Below are positions 51,272 to 62,693 of a DNA stretch of 64,000 nucleotides, piece by piece (within the stretch, counting starts at the first letter, position 1; every line of letters starts with the position of its first letter). Origin of the DNA: Anaeromyxobacteraceae bacterium (lineage in GTDB: Bacteria > Myxococcota > Myxococcia > Myxococcales > Anaeromyxobacteraceae). A model generated the notes under the pieces. That model was not told the origin of the DNA, did not search any database, and saw nothing but the letters and a program-made list of their open reading frames with translations. The translations under genes and the position numbers were made by a program. The stretch lies in assembly GCA_047602405.1 (NCBI GenBank), contig JASGHJ010000001.1:1280001-1344000 (forward strand), written 5' to 3'.

Positions 51272-51763
51272 GTGATCGCCCTCCTCCGCGTCGACAACCG
51301 CCTCCTGCACGGGCAGGTCCTCGAGACCTGGATCCCGAAGCTCCGGGCGACCCGCGTGGTGGTGGCGGACGACCAGGCGGCCCAGAACCTGCTCGCCCGC
51401 ACCGCGATGACGCTGTGCCTGCCCCCGAGCGTGAGGGCCGAGGTCGTGCCGCTCGGGGGGCTCGACTGGAGGTCGCTCGCGACCGCGAAGGACCAGGTGC
51501 TCGTGCTCGTGCGCGACGTCGAGGCGCTCGGCCGGGCGCGCGAGGGTGGCCTCGGACCCGCGGAGGCGCCGCGCGTCAACGTCGGCAACGTGCACTTCGG
51601 CGCGGAGCGCCGGTCGGTGACCCCTTCGGTCTGGCTCTCCGGGTCCGAGATCCGCACCCTCCGTGACATGGAGGCGGCGGGCTTCGCGGTGGAGGTGCGC
51701 GCGATCCCGACGGAGCCCCCCACCGGGATGGCCGAGATCGAACGCCGGTACGCGGCGCCCTGA
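51272..51763 (+). CDS. PTS mannose/sorbose-family EIIB
   Basis: RVDNRLLHGQV, VVVADD and VNVGN. Confidence 0.92.
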   Translation: MIALLRVDNRLLHGQVLETWIPKLRATRVVVADDQAAQNLLARTAMTLCLPPSVRAEVVPLGGLDWRSLATAKDQVLVLVRDVEALGRAREGGLGPAEAPRVNVGNVHFGAERRSVTPSVWLSGSEIRTLRDMEAAGFAVEVRAIPTEPPTGMAEIERRYAAP

Positions 51764-51772
51764 TCGGCTAGG

Positions 51773-52474
51773 ATGGACGAGGTGCCCTACCTCGCCCTGG
51801 CCATCGTCGCCGGCCTCGCCGCCGTGGAGCGGAAGGGCTTCCTCCAGGCCATGCTCTCGCGGCCGATCGCGCTGGCGCCGATCACCGGCTGGGTGCTCGG
51901 GGACCTGAAGGGCGGGGTCCTCCTCGCGGCGCCGCTCGAGCTCCTCTGGCTGGGCGCGGTGAACCTCGGCGCGGCGCTCCCGGTGCACGAGGCGCTCGCC
52001 ACGGCCGCGATCACCGGCGGCGCGGTGCTCTCCGGGCGCGCCATGGGCCTGCCGGTCGGGCCGGAGATCGCGCTCCTCTCGACGCTCGTGGGGATCCCGC
52101 TCGCGGTGCTGGGCCGCTCGGTCGACCGCTTCACCGAGACCTGGAACGAGCACCTCGCCGACCGCGCGGAGCGGCAGCTCGCGCGGGGTCACGTGAAGGC
52201 GGCGGCGCGCACCAACCTGCGCGGCCTCCTCCTCCCGTTCGCGGTCGGCGCCGTGCTCGCGCCGCTCGGCGCCGCGCTGGCGGCCCTGGTCGTCCCGCCG
52301 GTGCTGGAGCGGGTGCCCGACTGGGCGCCGCTCCGGCTCGGGTTCCTCGCCTTCGCCGCCTTCGCGTGCGCCGCCGGCGCCCGGGTGATGCGGGCCCGCA
52401 CCGCGCCCGGCTTCTTCTACGCGGCGCTCGCGGGCGCGGTCGTGCTGGGCCTCGTCGCGGGGGGCCACCGGTGA
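51773..52474 (+). CDS. PTS mannose-family EIIC
   Basis: QAMLSRPI, LELLWLG and NLGAALP; hydrophobic. Confidence 0.88.
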   Translation: MDEVPYLALAIVAGLAAVERKGFLQAMLSRPIALAPITGWVLGDLKGGVLLAAPLELLWLGAVNLGAALPVHEALATAAITGGAVLSGRAMGLPVGPEIALLSTLVGIPLAVLGRSVDRFTETWNEHLADRAERQLARGHVKAAARTNLRGLLLPFAVGAVLAPLGAALAALVVPPVLERVPDWAPLRLGFLAFAAFACAAGARVMRARTAPGFFYAALAGAVVLGLVAGGHR

Positions 52475-53238
52475 GCGGCCGGGTGCCCCGCCGCACGCTC
52501 GTGCGCGTCTTCTGGCGCTGCCTGTTCCTGCAGGCGGCCTGGAACCGGCGCGGCATGCAGAACCTCGGCTTCGCCTACGCCATCGACCCCGCGCTGCGCC
52601 GGCTCTACCCGGACGAGGGCGCCCGCGTCGAGGCGCTGCGCCGGCACCTCGGCTTCTTCAACTGCCACCCGTACATGGCCTCGGCCATCGTGGGCGGCGC
52701 GATCTGGCACGAGGAGCGGGTGGCCGCCGGCGAGGAGCCGCGCGACGGCGCGCTCCAGTACAAGGCCGCGCTGCAGGGCCCGCTCGCGGCGCTCGGTGAC
52801 GGCTTCTTCTGGACCGCGCTCCGCCCGTTCTCCGGCGCGCTCGGCGCGGTCGGCGCGCTCGTGTTCGGCTGGCCGGGCGTGGTCGCGGCCCTGGTGCTCT
52901 ACAACGCGGTCCACCTCGCCCTGCGCGTCCAGCTGTTCCGGGCGGGCTACGGCGGCGGCGACGCGGTCGTCGCGCGCATCGCGGGGCTCGGCCTCCCGGT
53001 GCTGGCCGACCGGCTCAGGGCGGCCGGGGCCGCGCTGTGCGGGCTGACGGCGGCGGCGGTGGTGCTGATGGCGGCGGGCGCGGGCGGGCTCCCGGCGGCG
53101 GGGCTGGCCGCGGGAGCCGCGCTCGGCGGCTACCTCGCGCTCTCGCGCGGCGCGGGCCTGTTGCCCACGGCCTACGTGGTGGCGGTGTTCGCGGTCGGCG
53201 CCGCGGCGGTGCTTCATCGTTGGAAGGGGGGCGGATGA
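52471..53238 (+). CDS. PTS mannose-family EIID
   Basis: QAAWNRRGMQNLG, FFNCHP and GPLAALGDGFFW. Confidence 0.9.
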   Translation: MSGRVPRRTLVRVFWRCLFLQAAWNRRGMQNLGFAYAIDPALRRLYPDEGARVEALRRHLGFFNCHPYMASAIVGGAIWHEERVAAGEEPRDGALQYKAALQGPLAALGDGFFWTALRPFSGALGAVGALVFGWPGVVAALVLYNAVHLALRVQLFRAGYGGGDAVVARIAGLGLPVLADRLRAAGAALCGLTAAAVVLMAAGAGGLPAAGLAAGAALGGYLALSRGAGLLPTAYVVAVFAVGAAAVLHRWKGGG

Positions 53239-53509
53239 GCGGCGCGCGGCAGGAGCGGACCTTCAAGATCGTCAACGCGCTCGGGCTGCACGCCCGCGCC
53301 GCGGCGGTGCTCGTGCAGACGGCCAACCGCTTCAAGGCGGAGATCCACGTCGAGAAGGACGGCAGCCGCGTGAACGGCAAGAGCATCATGGGCGTGCTCA
53401 CGCTCGCCGCCGCGAAGGGCACGAGCATCGTGGTCACCGCCGAGGGCGAGGACTGCGAGGCCGCCATGGCCGCGCTCGCGAAGGTGATCGAGGGCGGGTT
53501 CGGAGAGTC

Positions 53510-53513
<4 letters not shown>
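53235..53513 (+). CDS. ptsH: Phosphocarrier protein HPr
   Basis: NALGLHARAA (His15) and NGKSIMG (Ser46). Confidence 0.95.
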
Positions 53514-55301
<1,788 letters not shown>

Positions 55302-55309
<8 letters not shown>

Positions 55310-55964
55310 CCTGCTCCCGCCGCGCCGCATCGGCCCCGCGAAGGCGCTCAACCCCGCCGCGGGCGATCACGTCGTGACCGCCGAGCCGCACGAGCTCTCG
55401 GCCGCGCGCGCCGCGGGCGAGGACGCGCTGCAGCGGTTCCCGTACCTCTCGGCCCGCTACGCCGCGCGGGGCGGGGCGTTCACCATGAGCGACGGCGCCT
55501 GGCTGGTGCTCCTCGTGGAGCGCTCCCCCGAGCACCGGCGCCGGGACGTGGACTGGCTCGCGAGCGTGCTCCTCCACCGCGGCATGCCGCGGCGCCTGCT
55601 GGAGGTCTACCTGCCGGTGCTCGCGGCCACGCTGAGCGCCGCCTGGCCGGAGCGGGCCGGGGAGTACCGCGCGCTCGCCGAGGAGGGCGAGCGGCTCGCG
55701 GACCTGCGGCGCGTGGTGCTCCGGGACGAGGCGGTCCTGGCGGTGGAACTCGCGTTCGCCGCCCGCGCGGCCCCGGACGCGCCGTTCCCGCCGCGCGGCG
55801 TGGGCGAGCTCCTCGCGTCGGCGGTCGCCGACGCCGCGTGCGGGCTGCCCGCCGCGACCGAGAAGCTGGTCCCGTGGCTCGTCGATCCCGCCCGCTTCAC
55901 GCCGGCGTGGATCGGCGCGGTGCACGCGGCGGTCGCCGAGGCCCGGGCGGCGCTCGTGGAGTAG
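55302..55964 (+). CDS. Hypothetical protein (start possibly 55374)
   Basis: ORF with coding-like composition between ptsI and the metK promoter. Confidence 0.6.
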
Positions 55965-56056
55965 GGCCTCGCCCGGCCGCCCGGCAGGGGGTGCGCAAGG
56001 GCTGCGCCACCGCGGCCGTCCGCCCGGAGCCCCTCGCTGGACGAACGTCCGTCATG

Positions 56057-56086
56057 TTGACAGGGCTCGGCGCAGGCGCGTAGGTT
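56057..56086 (+). promoter_or_regulatory. Putative sigma70 promoter of metK
   Basis: TTGACA, 18 nt, TAGGTT; AGGAGA SD downstream. Confidence 0.65.
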
Positions 56087-56108
56087 GCGTCCCCGCCAGG
56101 AGAAAACC

Positions 56109-57275
56109 ATGTCCGCGACCTCCCACCTCTTCACCTCCGAGTCGGTCACCGAGGGCCATCCCGACAAGATGGCGGACCAGATCTCGGACGCCGTCCTCGA
56201 CGCCGTGCTCCGCCAGGATCCGCGCGGGCGGGTGGCCTGCGAGACGCTCCTCAAGACCGGCTACGTCATGATCGCGGGCGAGATCACGACCAAGGCCAAG
56301 GTCGACTACCCGCGCCTCGCGCGCGAGGTCGTGAAGCGCATCGGCTACACCTCCGGCGAGATGGGCTTCGACGGGAACACCTGCGCGGTGCTCGTCGCGG
56401 TCGACCAGCAGTCCCCCGACATCGGGCAGGGCGTCGACACCGGCGGCGCCGGCGACCAGGGCATGATGTTCGGCTACGCCTGCGACGAGACGCCGGAGCT
56501 CATGCCGGCGCCGATCCAGTACGCCCACGCGGTGACGAAGCAGCTCGCGAAGGTCCGCAAGGGCGGCCGCGACTTCCTCCGCCCGGACGGCAAGAGCCAG
56601 GTCTCCGTGCAGTACGAGGACGGCAAGGTCGCCCGCATCGACACGGTGGTCGTCTCGACCCAGCACGCCGAGGACGTGTCGAACAAGCGCCTGCACGCCG
56701 TCATCCGCGAGGAGGTCATCGCGAAGGCGCTGCCGAAGCGGCTGATGGACAAGAAGACCAAGATCTTCATCAACCCCACCGGCCGGTTCGTGATCGGCGG
56801 CCCGATGGGCGACACCGGCGTCACCGGCCGCAAGATCATCGTCGACACCTACGGCGGCATGGGCCGCCACGGCGGCGGCGCGTTCAGCGGCAAGGACCCG
56901 TCGAAGGTCGACCGCTCGGCCGCGTACATGGGGCGCTACATCGCGAAGAACGTGGTCGCCGCCGGCCTCGCCTCGCGCTGCGAGGTGCAGGTCGCCTACG
57001 CCATCGGCGTCGCCGAGCCGGTGTCGGTGCTCGTCGACACCTTCGGGACCGCGACCGTGGACGAGGCCCGCATCGCGAAGGCGATCCGCGCCACCTTCGA
57101 CCTGACCCCGCGCGGGATCATCGAGTCGCTCGACCTGCTCAAGCCGGTCTACGAGAAGACGGCCGCGTACGGCCACTTCGGCCGCTCCGAGAAGAGCTTC
57201 ACCTGGGAGCGCATCGACCGGAAGGACGCCCTCGCGGAGGCCGCCGGGGCGAAGGTTCGCGCGGTCGCCGGGTAG
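56109..57275 (+). CDS. metK: S-adenosylmethionine synthetase
   Basis: [19 protein letters not shown] and GGGAFSGKD. Confidence 0.98.
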   Translation: MSATSHLFTSESVTEGHPDKMADQISDAVLDAVLRQDPRGRVACETLLKTGYVMIAGEITTKAKVDYPRLAREVVKRIGYTSGEMGFDGNTCAVLVAVDQQSPDIGQGVDTGGAGDQGMMFGYACDETPELMPAPIQYAHAVTKQLAKVRKGGRDFLRPDGKSQVSVQYEDGKVARIDTVVVSTQHAEDVSNKRLHAVIREEVIAKALPKRLMDKKTKIFINPTGRFVIGGPMGDTGVTGRKIIVDTYGGMGRHGGGAFSGKDPSKVDRSAAYMGRYIAKNVVAAGLASRCEVQVAYAIGVAEPVSVLVDTFGTATVDEARIAKAIRATFDLTPRGIIESLDLLKPVYEKTAAYGHFGRSEKSFTWERIDRKDALAEAAGAKVRAVAG

Positions 57276-57284
57276 GGCGTGACC

Positions 57285-57390
57285 AGCGAAGCGCAGCGGA
57301 GCCCGTGTTTCGAGGGGGCGTAGCCCCCTCCCCGCGGAGCAGAGCTCCGCGGGGCCCCTCCCCGGATCCGCTCCGCTTCGCTTCGCGGGG
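57285..57390. repeat. Structured REP/MITE-like element containing one 75-bp unit
   Basis: Inverted arms AGCGAAGCGCAGCGGA (57285-57300) and TCCGCTCCGCTTCGCT (57367-57382); core nearly identical to the units at 60305-60529. Confidence 0.8.
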
Positions 57391-57420
57391 ATCAACCTGG
57401 AGCTCGAGCTCGACATCGGC

Positions 57421-57708
57421 GTGCTCGCGGAGGGCGAGGGGCGGAGCGTCCGGCTCGGCACCGGCCGCTACGTGCTCGTCTCCCGCGTCGACGGCGCGCT
57501 CCGCGCCATCGACGACGTCTGCAACCACGGCGGCTGCAAGCTCTCCGACGGCTGGCGCGAGGGGCGCCGCCTCGTCTGCCCCTGCCACGCGCTCGCGTTC
57601 GACGTCGGCGACGGGAGGCTGCTCACCCCGACCCCGCTCGCGACCGATCAGGAGACCTACCCGGTCGTGGGCGATGGCCCGGTGATCCGGCTGATCCTGC
57701 CGGGGTAG
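57421..57708 (+). CDS. Rieske [2Fe-2S] ferredoxin (may start at CTG 57397)
   Basis: CNH...CPCH ligand motifs, AFDVGDG. Confidence 0.88.
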   Translation: MLAEGEGRSVRLGTGRYVLVSRVDGALRAIDDVCNHGGCKLSDGWREGRRLVCPCHALAFDVGDGRLLTPTPLATDQETYPVVGDGPVIRLILPG

Positions 57709-57765
57709 GCCGGACCCGACCCGGCGGACCCCGCACCTTGATCTCGGCCCCGGGATCGTTATATC

Positions 57766-57783
57766 CGTCCATCCGGATGGACG
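57766..57783. promoter_or_regulatory. Perfect 18-bp palindrome, likely autoregulatory operator
   Basis: CGTCCATCC|GGATGGACG ending 1 nt before the regulator ATG, downstream of TTGATC...TTATAT promoter-like boxes. Confidence 0.7.
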
Positions 57784-57784
57784 C

Positions 57785-58777
57785 ATGACCAGGACCGCCG
57801 CCGCCCGAGAGACCGCCCGCGCCGAGGCGCTGTTCGCCTGGATGGAGGCGATCGGCGACCCGACCCGCCTGCGCGCGCTGCGCGCGCTGGAGCGGCAGGA
57901 GCTCTCGGTGCTCGAGCTCTGCGAGGCGCTCGCGCTCCCGCAGTCGACCGTGAGCCGGCACCTCAAGGTGCTCGCCGACGGCGGCTGGGTGTCGGCGCGC
58001 CGCGAGGGCACCCAGGCGTTCTACGCGTGGGCGGCGGAGCTCGACCCGGGCGCGAAGAAGCTCTGGACCGTGGCGCGCGCGGAGAGCGAGGGCTGGCCGG
58101 TGGTCCGCCAGGACGCCGACCGGCTCGCCGCGGTGCGGGCCCGCCGCGGCGGCGCCCAGAAGTTCTTCGCCGGCGCGGCCGGCGCATGGGACGGGCTGCG
58201 CGCGCAGGTCTACGGCCGCGGCTTCGGCGTGGAGGCGCTGCTCGCGCTCGTGCCGCCCGCCTGGACCGTGGCCGACCTCGGCTGCGGCACCGGCGCGCTC
58301 ACCGCCGAGCTCGCCTCACGCGTCCGGCGGGTCGTCGCCGTCGACCAGTCCGCCGCGATGCTCCGCGCGGCCCGGAAGCGCGCCGGCGACCTCCCCAACG
58401 TCACCTTCCACGAGGCGGACCTCGCGGCGCTGCCGCTCGAGGACGCGAGCGTCGACGCGGCGCTCCTCGTGCTCGTGCTCGCCTACCTCGAGGTCCCCGA
58501 GGCCGCGCTCCGCGAGGCGGCGCGCGTGCTCCGCCCCGGCGGCCGGCTCGTCGTGCTCGACGCCGCGCGCCACCTCGACGAGGGCCTGCGCCGCCGGATG
58601 GGCCAGGCCCGCCCCGGCTTCACGCCCGACGAGCTCGAGCGGCTCGTCGCGCACGCCGGGCTCCACGCCTCACCGGTCCGCACCCTCCCGCCCGAGCCGG
58701 GCGCGAAGGGCCCGGGCCTCGTCGTCTGCGCCGCAGAGAAGCTGGCCGCCGGGAAGCCGGCCGCCGAGAGACGCTGA
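57785..58777 (+). CDS. ArsR HTH-methyltransferase fusion regulator (SahR-like)
   Basis: DPTRLR...[24 protein letters not shown] and RVLRPGG SAM domain; directly upstream of ahcY. Confidence 0.88.
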   Translation: MTRTAAARETARAEALFAWMEAIGDPTRLRALRALERQELSVLELCEALALPQSTVSRHLKVLADGGWVSARREGTQAFYAWAAELDPGAKKLWTVARAESEGWPVVRQDADRLAAVRARRGGAQKFFAGAAGAWDGLRAQVYGRGFGVEALLALVPPAWTVADLGCGTGALTAELASRVRRVVAVDQSAAMLRAARKRAGDLPNVTFHEADLAALPLEDASVDAALLVLVLAYLEVPEAALREAARVLRPGGRLVVLDAARHLDEGLRRRMGQARPGFTPDELERLVAHAGLHASPVRTLPPEPGAKGPGLVVCAAEKLAAGKPAAERR

Positions 58778-58800
58778 ACCCGCACCCCAGGAGAGAACCG

Positions 58801-60297
58801 ATGGCCGTCCCCGCGAAGAAGCAGAACGCCGCCCTGAAGGCGGTCCCGTCCGCGAAGCCCGAGCAGAAGCCCCTCGAGTACAAGGTGAAGGATCTCTCGC
58901 TCGCCGAGTGGGGCCGCAAGGAGCTCGACCTCGCCGAGAAGGAGATGCCGGGCCTCATGGCGGTGCGCAAGCAGTACGGCCGGAAGAAGCCGCTCGCCGG
59001 CCAGCGCATCACCGGCTCCCTGCACATGACCGTGCAGACGGCGGTGCTCATCGAGACCCTCACCGAGCTCGGCGCCGACGTGCGCTGGGCGAGCTGCAAC
59101 ATCTTCTCCACCCAGGACCACGCCGCCGCCGCGGTCGTCGTCGGCAAGCGCGGCACGGTCGCCGCGCCGGCCGGCGTGCCGGTGTTCGCGTGGAAGGGCG
59201 AGACGCTCGAGGAGTACTGGGACTGCACCGAGCGCGCGCTCGACTTCGGGGACGGCCTCGGGCCCACCCAGATCGTCGACGACGGCGGCGACGCGACGCT
59301 GCTCCTCCACAAGGGCGTCGAGTTCGAGAAGGCCGGCAAGGTCCCGCGCGCGAAGGCCTCCGACTCCGAGGAGTGGACGGTCATCCTGAAGCTCCTCGCG
59401 AAGGAGCTGAAGATGGACCCGAAGCGCTGGACGCGCCTCTCCGCCGCCTGCGCCGGCGTGACCGAGGAGACCACCACCGGCGTGCACCGGCTCTACGAGA
59501 TGCAGAAGGCCGGCACGCTCCTCTTCCCGGCCATCAACGTCAACGACTCGGTCACGAAGTCGAAGTTCGACAACCTCTACGGCTGCCGCCACTCGCTCGT
59601 GGACGGCCTCAACCGCGCGACGGACGTCATGCTCGCCGGGAAGCTCTGCGTCGTCCTCGGCTACGGCGACGTCGGCAAGGGCTGCGCCCAGGCGCTGCGC
59701 GGGCAGGGCGCCCGCGTGGTCGTCACCGAGGTCGACCCCATCAACGCGCTCCAGGCGACGATGGAGGGCTACCAGGTGGTCCGCGTGGAGGACGTCGTCG
59801 AGACCGCCGACGTGTTCGTCACCGCCACCGGCAACCTCGACGTCATCACCGTCGACCACATGGCGAAGATGAAGGACTGCGCCATCGTCGGGAACATCGG
59901 CCACTTCGACAACGAGATCGACATGGCCGGGCTGAAGAAGATCACGAAGCGGATCAACATCAAGCCGCAGTACGACGCCTTCGTCTTCCCGGACAAGCAC
60001 CGGGTCCTCGTCCTCGCCGAGGGCCGGCTCCTCAACCTGGGGTGCGCGACCGGCCACCCGTCGTTCGTGATGTCGAACTCCTTCACGAACCAGGTCCTCG
60101 CCCAGCTCGAGCTCGCCACGAACCGCGCCGCCTACGACAAGAAGGTGTACACGCTGCCGAAGCACCTCGACGAGAAGGTGGCGGCCCTGCACCTCGAGCA
60201 GATCGGCGCGCGGCTGACGACGCTCACGAAGAAGCAGGCCCAGTACCTGGGCGTGTCGCAGTCCGGGCCGTTCAAGCCGGACCACTACCGGTACTGA
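58801..60297 (+). CDS. ahcY: Adenosylhomocysteinase
   Basis: [45 protein letters not shown] and HYRY end. Confidence 0.98.
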   Translation: MAVPAKKQNAALKAVPSAKPEQKPLEYKVKDLSLAEWGRKELDLAEKEMPGLMAVRKQYGRKKPLAGQRITGSLHMTVQTAVLIETLTELGADVRWASCNIFSTQDHAAAAVVVGKRGTVAAPAGVPVFAWKGETLEEYWDCTERALDFGDGLGPTQIVDDGGDATLLLHKGVEFEKAGKVPRAKASDSEEWTVILKLLAKELKMDPKRWTRLSAACAGVTEETTTGVHRLYEMQKAGTLLFPAINVNDSVTKSKFDNLYGCRHSLVDGLNRATDVMLAGKLCVVLGYGDVGKGCAQALRGQGARVVVTEVDPINALQATMEGYQVVRVEDVVETADVFVTATGNLDVITVDHMAKMKDCAIVGNIGHFDNEIDMAGLKKITKRINIKPQYDAFVFPDKHRVLVLAEGRLLNLGCATGHPSFVMSNSFTNQVLAQLELATNRAAYDKKVYTLPKHLDEKVAALHLEQIGARLTTLTKKQAQYLGVSQSGPFKPDHYRY

Positions 60298-60537
60298 GTT
60301 TCGAGGGGGCGTAGCCCCCTCCCCGTGGAGCGAAGCTCCACGGGGCCCCTCCCCGGATCTGCTCCGCTTCGCTTCGCAGGGGGGCGTAGCCGCCTCCCCG
60401 TGGAGCGAAGCTCCACGGGGCCCCTCCCCGGATCTGCTCTGCTTCGCTTCGCAGGGGGGCGTAGCCGCCTCCCCGTGGAGCGAAGCTCCACGGGGCCCCT
60501 CCCCGGATCTGCTCCGCTTCGCTTCGCAGGGGGGCGT
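60298..60537. repeat. Three tandem copies of a 75-bp structured repeat
   Basis: Unit GGGGGCGTAGCC(C/G)CCTCCCCGTGGAGCGAAGCTCCACGGGGCCCCTCCCCGGATCTGCTC(C/T)GCTTCGCTTCGCAG at 60305, 60380 and 60455. Confidence 0.95.
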
Positions 60538-60611
60538 GACCCTGCTCGGGGCCCTCGGGCCGCCCGCCGCGTGGCGGGCGGTCCCGGGGTGCGCTACCTT
60601 CCGCGCTCCCC

Positions 60612-61445
60612 ATGTCCCTCCTCGCCTCCGTGCTGCTCGGCCTGGTCCAGGCCCTCACCGAGTTCCTGCCGGTCTCCTCCACCGCGCACCTCCTCGTGAG
60701 CGGCGAGCTCCTCGGCTACAGCCTCGAGGACCCGCTCTTCCGCGCGTACGTCGCGATCATCCAGACCGGCACCACCGTCGCGGTGCTCGCCTACTTCCGG
60801 CGGGACCTCGCGCGGCTCACGGGCGCCGCGCTCGGCTCCCTCGCGCGGCGGCGGCCCCTCGAGACCCGCGAGTCGCGCCTCGCGTGGTCCATCGCCTTCG
60901 CGACCCTGCCCGCCGGCCTCGCCGGGCTCCTCCTCGAGAAGCGCATCGAGGCGCTCGGCAACTGGGTCATCGTCGGCTCGCTCACCGTGCTCGGCCTCGT
61001 CCTCCTCGCCGCCGAGCTCGCCGCGAGGCACGTCCGCACGGTCGAGGACGTCGGGTTCCTCGACGCGCTCCTCGTCGGGTGCGGCCAGGCGGTCGCGCTC
61101 GTGCCGGGCTCGTCGCGCTCCGGCTGCACCATCACGACCGGCATCCTGCTCGGGTTCACGCGCGAGGCGGCGGCCCGCTTCTCCTTCCTCCTCTCCATCC
61201 CCATCACGCTCGCGGCCGGGCTCTACAAGCTCGTGAAGACGCTCCCGGTGCTGCGCGGGCACGACGACTGGATGGTGGCGACGGCGGTCGGGACGCTGGT
61301 GTCCGGGGTCGCGGGCTACCTCGTGATCGGCTGGCTCCTGGGCTGGCTGCGCACCCGCACGACGTACCTGTTCGTCGGCTGGCGGCTCGTCGCGGCGGCG
61401 GTGCTGGCGCTCCTGATTTCCCGCGGGATCCTGCCGGCAGGGTAG
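60612..61445 (+). CDS. uppP: Undecaprenyl-diphosphate phosphatase
   Basis: QALTEFLPVSSTAH, PGSSRSG and AARFSFLLSIP. Confidence 0.96.
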   Translation: MSLLASVLLGLVQALTEFLPVSSTAHLLVSGELLGYSLEDPLFRAYVAIIQTGTTVAVLAYFRRDLARLTGAALGSLARRRPLETRESRLAWSIAFATLPAGLAGLLLEKRIEALGNWVIVGSLTVLGLVLLAAELAARHVRTVEDVGFLDALLVGCGQAVALVPGSSRSGCTITTGILLGFTREAAARFSFLLSIPITLAAGLYKLVKTLPVLRGHDDWMVATAVGTLVSGVAGYLVIGWLLGWLRTRTTYLFVGWRLVAAAVLALLISRGILPAG

Positions 61446-61570
61446 GCCGTTCATCCCGAGCGGAGGCCCGCGCATGCGGGCCGGAGTCGCGGGGCCCCCG
61501 GTGAACAGGGGACAGAGGTACCCCACGTGCGCTTGACGGTACGGCCCCGGTTCGTGCCATACGTTTTTCC

Positions 61571-62668
61571 GTGAAGCTCTATCCCGTGGTGATGGCCGGC
61601 GGCTCCGGAACCCGGTTCTGGCCGCTCTCCCGCAAGTCCCGCCCCAAGCAGTTCCTCGCGCTCGCGGGCGACGAGCCGATGCTCGCGGCGACGGTGAACC
61701 GCATGCCGCCGCTCGCGAAGCTCTCGGACACCTACGTGGTCTGCGGCCCGGGCCACGTCGCCGCGGCCCGCAAGATGCTGCCGCGGATGCCGGCGAAGAA
61801 CTTCCTCGTCGAGCCGGTGGCGCGCAACACCGCGCCGTGCGTCGGCCTCGCCGCGATCCACGTCGCGGCGCGCGAGCCGCGCGGCATCATCGCGATGCTG
61901 CCCGCCGACCACCACATCGGCCGCCCGGCGGCGTTCCGCGAGGCGCTCGCCGCCGCCGCGAAGCTCGCCGAGAAGGGGCACATCGCCACCATCGGGATCC
62001 GGCCCTCGCGCCCCGAGACCGGCTACGGCTACCTGAAGCTCGGCGCCCGCCTGGCGACGAAGACGCCGGTGACCCGCTCGAAGTCGACCGGCGCGCCGCA
62101 CAAGGTGGAGCGCTTCGTCGAGAAGCCGGACGTCGTCACGGCCGCCCGCTACCTCGCCGACGGCTCGTACCTCTGGAACTCCGGCATCTTCGTCTTCCGC
62201 GCCGACGTCATCCTGGAGGAGATCCGCCGGGCGATGCCGGTGCTGGGCGAGCTCCTCGACTCGATCGAGCGCTCCCTCGGCGGCGCGTCCTACCCGCGCA
62301 CCTTGAAGCGGGTCTTCCCGGACTGCCCCTCCATCTCCATCGACTACGGGGTGATGGAGAAGAGCCAACGCATCGCGGTCGTCCCCGCCGAGTTCGGGTG
62401 GAGCGACGTGGGCAGCTTCGCCGCCCTGCCCGAGGTCCGCGCGACCGACCACCTCGGCAACGTCGCCGAGGGCGAGGCGATGGTCATCGACGGCCGCAAC
62501 AACGTCGTCCTCGCGCACGGCAGGCGGCCGGTCGCCGTGATCGGCATGGAGGACGTGGTGGTCGTCGACGCGGGCGACGCGGTGCTGGTGTGCCGCCGTG
62601 ACCGCGCACAGGACGTCCGCAAGGCCGTCGACGAGCTCGCCCGCACCGGCCGCGACGGGCTCCTCTAG
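61571..62668 (+). CDS. manC: Mannose-1-phosphate guanylyltransferase
   Basis: MAGGSGTRFWPLSR, PKQF, EPVARNT, FVEKP, WNSGIF, SIDYGVME and WSDVGS. Confidence 0.95.
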   Translation: MKLYPVVMAGGSGTRFWPLSRKSRPKQFLALAGDEPMLAATVNRMPPLAKLSDTYVVCGPGHVAAARKMLPRMPAKNFLVEPVARNTAPCVGLAAIHVAAREPRGIIAMLPADHHIGRPAAFREALAAAAKLAEKGHIATIGIRPSRPETGYGYLKLGARLATKTPVTRSKSTGAPHKVERFVEKPDVVTAARYLADGSYLWNSGIFVFRADVILEEIRRAMPVLGELLDSIERSLGGASYPRTLKRVFPDCPSISIDYGVMEKSQRIAVVPAEFGWSDVGSFAALPEVRATDHLGNVAEGEAMVIDGRNNVVLAHGRRPVAVIGMEDVVVVDAGDAVLVCRRDRAQDVRKAVDELARTGRDGLL

Positions 62669-62693
62669 GCGCGAGGGCCCTCGGCCGCCCACC

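Noticed and set aside
55965..56108. SAM or SAH riboswitch upstream of metK or ahcY
   Set aside because: The predicted metK leader is only about 15-20 nt, the ahcY gap is 23 nt, and no aptamer consensus is recognisable.
60298..60537. Possible CRISPR array
   Set aside because: The 75-bp units are near-identical end to end with no unique spacers, and no cas genes are in the window.
60272..60699. Small ORFs with 25-aa tandem repeats
   Set aside because: They are translations of the 75-bp non-coding repeat, open in several frames on both strands.
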